A stretch of DNA of 64,000 nucleotides from an uncultured delta proteobacterium. Its GTDB lineage: Bacteria; Myxococcota_A; Polyangia; Fen-1088. The DNA is taken from assembly GCA_963755125.1 (NCBI GenBank), contig CAVWIP010000015.1, positions 288,001 to 352,000 of the forward strand, written 5' to 3'. How positions within the stretch are numbered: the first letter of the stretch is position 1; each line of letters begins with the position of its first letter. The translations under genes were made by a program, and so were the position numbers. The notes beneath the pieces are model-generated. The model did no database searches. It was given only the letters and a program-made list of their open reading frames with translations, and had not been told where the DNA came from. Of this stretch, positions 60,513 through 64,000 are shown one piece after another.

Positions 60513-62159
60513 ATGAAGTGTGTGGCCTTTCTGATGACCTTTCTCGTCGGCGGTTGCGCCGGCTGCCTGAAGAAATTGGAGACGCGGCCCGCCGCACCCG
60601 CGCCCGCATCGCAACCGGCTGTCGCCGCCTCGGCTCCTGCCCCGGCGTCGGACGCAACCCACCACATCCGGCGCGCGCAGATGGCCGGTTCCTGGTACTC
60701 GGAGAACAAGGACCAACTGGCGGCCGAGGTGGACGGGCTGTTTGCCGAGGCCAAGCCGCCCAAGATCGACGGCAAGATCATCGCGCTCATATCGCCGCAC
60801 GCGGGCTATCGCTTCTCGGGCAAGGCCGCGGCGGCGAACTACCTGCTGCTGCGCGGTCAGGATGTCCGCCGGGTGGTGCTGCTGGCCATCTCGCACCACT
60901 ATCCGCTGCGCGGCGCCTCGATTCCCGACGTGACCGATTTCGAGACGCCGCTCGGCCTGGTGCCAGTGGATGGCAAGGCCGTGGCTCGGCTGCGGCGCAG
61001 CCCGGTGGTGAGCAGCGTGATGCGCGCGGAAGAGGGCGAACATTCCTTGGAGATCCAGCTTCCCCTGCTCCAGCGCGCCCTGCCCAAGTTCGCTCTGGTT
61101 CCCATCCTGGTGGGCCACATGAGCGATCGGGACTATGTGGATCTGGCCGCGGCTTTGGCCGAGATCGTGGACAGCCACACCGTCGTGGTGGCCTCCAGCG
61201 ACTTCACCCACCGGGGCGCGAATTACGGATACGAGATCCCCGACGGCCCCGGCGATCTGCAGGCCCGCCTGGCGCGGCTCGATCAAGGGTCCATCGATCA
61301 GATCACCAAGCTGAGTCGGCCCGGCCTGCTCGCCTACGCCGAGAAAACGGGCACCACCATCTGCGGTCTGCACCCCATTGCTTTGCTGCTGGAACTGCTG
61401 GGCCGTTTTCCGGGCAGCAAGCCCCACGTCGTGAGTCACTACACGTCAGGCGACGTCACTTCCGACTGGTCCAGCAGCGTGACATATATAGGTATGGCAT
61501 TCACGGGCAAGTGGCGCGAGGAGTCGAAGCTCGATGAGGCACGCGAGGCTGGCGAGAGCGCGTTCCCGCTCGCGGACGACGACAAGCGCACCCTGCTGCG
61601 CCTGGCACGTTTGTCGCTCGAGGCGTCGGTGCGCAAGGGGCGCTTCGATCCCAATGGCATCGCCTCCATTCCCGTGACGCCGTCGCTGGAGCGCAAGGCC
61701 GGCGCGTTCGTCACATTGAAGTGCAAGGGCGGCTCCGACGGCACATGCACGGGGAAGGGCGATGAGCTGCGCGGCTGCATCGGCACCCTGGAGCCAAGCT
61801 CGTCGGTGTACGACGTGGTGGCCCGTCGCGCGGCCAGCGCCGCCCTGGAGGACACGCGCTTTCCCCACTCGGTCACCGTCGAGGAACTGCCTTTCATCAC
61901 GGTCGAAGTTTCAGTGCTCACGCCCCCGCGGCCGGTGAAGAGCGCCGACGAGATCGTGATCGGTCGCCACGGCATGATCCTATCAGTGGGATGGAATCGC
62001 GCCACCTTCTTGCCGCAGGTGGCGCCGGAGCAGGGTTGGGATCGCGAAACCACCCTGCGCCACCTGGCCCAGAAGGCCGGGCTGCCCGCCGACGCGTGGA
62101 AGAAGGCCGAGTATCAAGTGTACGAGGCGATCGTCTTTTCGGAAGGGGAATTCAAGTAG
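60513..62159 (+). CDS. AmmeMemoRadiSam protein B (MEMO1) and protein A (AMMECR1) fusion with lipoprotein-like leader
   Basis: AGSWY, SPHAGY, EHSLEIQLP, SSDFTH, TICG; GAFVTL, LRGCIG, ATFLPQV, KAGL. Confidence 0.93.
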   Translation: MKCVAFLMTFLVGGCAGCLKKLETRPAAPAPASQPAVAASAPAPASDATHHIRRAQMAGSWYSENKDQLAAEVDGLFAEAKPPKIDGKIIALISPHAGYRFSGKAAAANYLLLRGQDVRRVVLLAISHHYPLRGASIPDVTDFETPLGLVPVDGKAVARLRRSPVVSSVMRAEEGEHSLEIQLPLLQRALPKFALVPILVGHMSDRDYVDLAAALAEIVDSHTVVVASSDFTHRGANYGYEIPDGPGDLQARLARLDQGSIDQITKLSRPGLLAYAEKTGTTICGLHPIALLLELLGRFPGSKPHVVSHYTSGDVTSDWSSSVTYIGMAFTGKWREESKLDEAREAGESAFPLADDDKRTLLRLARLSLEASVRKGRFDPNGIASIPVTPSLERKAGAFVTLKCKGGSDGTCTGKGDELRGCIGTLEPSSSVYDVVARRAASAALEDTRFPHSVTVEELPFITVEVSVLTPPRPVKSADEIVIGRHGMILSVGWNRATFLPQVAPEQGWDRETTLRHLAQKAGLPADAWKKAEYQVYEAIVFSEGEFK

Positions 62160-62213
62160 AACGTCACGATCTTTGCCCCGGCGTCTCCCGGTTTTGCAGG
62201 CTATGCTTTTGCT

Positions 62214-63272
62214 GTGTCTGGGGAACGAATCGACGCTGACCGTCGACAATTTCTGCTCACCATGGGCTCGCTGGCAGCGGTGGCTACCGGGTGCAGTTCG
62301 TCTTGTGGCAGCATGCGGCCAGCGGAGAATTCACCCAGCAGCGCGCCGGCCAGCGCGACTGCCGCGAATCAACCGGCGCCGCCGTTAAATCCGCGCGTGG
62401 TGGTGGTGCGAGCCAAGCAGCCCCTGACTCACGGCTACGATGCCGACCGAGGCGCTATGCGCGCCATGCTGGGCGCAGGTCTTGCGGCTTTGGCGGGCAC
62501 GCGGGATGCTGTGGCCGGATTGCGCCGGTACTTCCGGCCGGGTGAGACAGTGGGCTTGAAGATCAATGGACTGGCCGGCCGCAATGCGGCCACCCATGTG
62601 GAATTGGTCGACGAGTTATCGGCGTTGTTGCAGCAAATGGACATTGGCGGCCATCAGCAAGTCGCCTTTGATCGTTTCGCCTCTGACCTGACCGCGTCGG
62701 GCTTCAAGCTCAATGAGCGCGGTGACAGCTACCGCTGCACTGGCAACGAAGCACTTGGCTACGAGGAGGAGCCGACTGTCATGCCGTCGTCGGCTTCCCG
62801 GCTGGCGCGCGTGCTCACCGAACGCGTGGATACGGTCCTGAATCTGCCCGTGCTCAAACAACACATGCTGTCGGGAATGTCGGGCGCGCTGAAGAACCAA
62901 TTCGGCTGCATTCACAATCCCAACAAGATGCACCTCGATAAGTGCGACCCCTACATTGCCGAGGTCAATGCCTTGCCCGCGATCCGAAAGAAGCAGCGCC
63001 TGATTGTAATGGACGCGCTTCGCCCTGTGGTTGACAACGGCCCCAGCTACCAGCCGGGCATGGCCGAGGTAGCCAATGCTTTGCTGTTCGCGGTCGATCC
63101 CGTGGCAATCGACGTCGTGGGATTGGAGCTGCTGGAGGACTTGCGCCGCAAGCGCGGCCTGCCAGCGCTCGACAAGGTCGATCTGGCGCCGACCCACATT
63201 CAAACCAGCGCCAAGCTGGGCCTGGGCGTGGGTGATCGCGCAGCCATCGACGTGGTGTCAATCGAGGTCTGA
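62214..63272 (+). CDS. DUF362 family protein, Tat lipoprotein
   Basis: DRRQFLL...ATGC leader; VGLKIN, NLPVLKQH, GALKN, DPVAID. Confidence 0.88.
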   Translation: MSGERIDADRRQFLLTMGSLAAVATGCSSSCGSMRPAENSPSSAPASATAANQPAPPLNPRVVVVRAKQPLTHGYDADRGAMRAMLGAGLAALAGTRDAVAGLRRYFRPGETVGLKINGLAGRNAATHVELVDELSALLQQMDIGGHQQVAFDRFASDLTASGFKLNERGDSYRCTGNEALGYEEEPTVMPSSASRLARVLTERVDTVLNLPVLKQHMLSGMSGALKNQFGCIHNPNKMHLDKCDPYIAEVNALPAIRKKQRLIVMDALRPVVDNGPSYQPGMAEVANALLFAVDPVAIDVVGLELLEDLRRKRGLPALDKVDLAPTHIQTSAKLGLGVGDRAAIDVVSIEV

Positions 63273-63274
63273 TC

Positions 63275-64000
63275 ATGAACTTCTCTCGTCGGGATTTCGT
63301 TCGGGGTTGCGCCGGTTCGGGCTGTGCATTGGCGGTGGGAGGGTCGTTGGGTGGTTTGGCCTTCTTGCGTTCACGGCCGGCACGCGCGGGCGAGACGCCG
63401 CGGCCGCACCCGGCGCGCTTCTGGAAGAAGCTGGACAACAAGCGGGTGCAATGCCAGCTCTGCCCCAAGCAATGCCTGGTCGAGGATCGAGAGCGCGGCT
63501 TCTGCGGCGTGCGCGAAAACCGCGGCGGCGAGTACCTGACCCTGGTGTGGGGCCAGCCCTGTGCCGTGCACGTGGATCCGATCGAGAAGAAGCCACTCTT
63601 TCATTTCCTGCCCGGCAGCCGCGCCTTTTCGCTCGCCACCGCGGGCTGCAACCTGGAATGCAAGTGTTGCCAGAACTGGGACATCTCGCAGTCGCGTCCC
63701 GAGGAGGTGGACTGGCACTGGATGCCGCCCGAGGAAGTCGCGCGGCGGGCGCAGGCGGAAGGCGCCTGCGTGACCTTCACCTATTCCGAGCCCATCGTGT
63801 TTCTCGAATACTGCATCGACACCGCGGTCGCGGCCCAAAAGCTGGGCGTGCGCACCACCATGGTCACGGGCGGTTCGGGCGAAGTGGAACCGATGAAAGA
63901 GGCGTGCAAGGTCCTCGACGCGGTGAAGATCGATCTCAAGGGCTTCACCGAGGACTACTACCGCAAGCTGTGCAAGGGGAAACTCGCGCCGGTGTTGAAG
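63275..64000 (+). CDS. AmmeMemoRadiSam radical SAM enzyme with Tat signal (runs off the window; absent from the ORF track)
   Basis: Hand translation MNFSRRDFVRG..., CQLCPKQC, GFCGVR, DPIEKKPLFHF, GCNLECKCCQNWDISQ (CxxxCxxC), FTYSEP, IDLKGF. Confidence 0.93.
   Translation, partial: MNFSRRDFVRGCAGSGCALAVGGSLGGLAFLRSRPARAGETPRPHPARFWKKLDNKRVQCQLCPKQCLVEDRERGFCGVRENRGGEYLTLVWGQPCAVHVDPIEKKPLFHFLPGSRAFSLATAGCNLECKCCQNWDISQSRPEEVDWHWMPPEEVARRAQAEGACVTFTYSEPIVFLEYCIDTAVAAQKLGVRTTMVTGGSGEVEPMKEACKVLDAVKIDLKGFTEDYYRKLCKGKLAPVLK

Overview
High-GC bacterial chromosomal window. The gene content suggests Myxococcota (Polyangia-like), probably with an anaerobic or microaerobic lifestyle; this is an inference. 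Core genes are cysS, an isc operon (iscS-iscU-iscA-hscB-hscA-fdx), an EF-G paralogue, mutS, rpsT, holA, proS, pyrF, rlmB, asd and ygfZ. Accessory regions include an apparently intact IS5-family element (24-bp TIRs, TAA duplication, -1 frameshift site), an ABC-2 exporter with a sigma-54 promoter facing a TolC/kinase/NtrC-type unit, an ECF sigma cassette, a heat-shock block, and rubredoxin plus a flavodiiron protein. The most interesting signals are: (1) a Cys-rich MerR-family regulator with its own palindromic operator heading the isc operon in place of IscR; (2) an AmmeMemoRadiSam/DUF362 cluster in which all three proteins carry export signals; (3) an IgaA/UmoB-like membrane protein outside Enterobacterales; (4) an orphan cytidylyltransferase/AEP-transaminase fusion; (5) remnants missed by the ORF track (serpin, VapC, an internally deleted Hsp20), a 56-aa basic ORF and a GTAG-type REP family. 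No rRNA, tRNA or CRISPR array was recognised. All calls come from reading motifs by eye; no database search was run.
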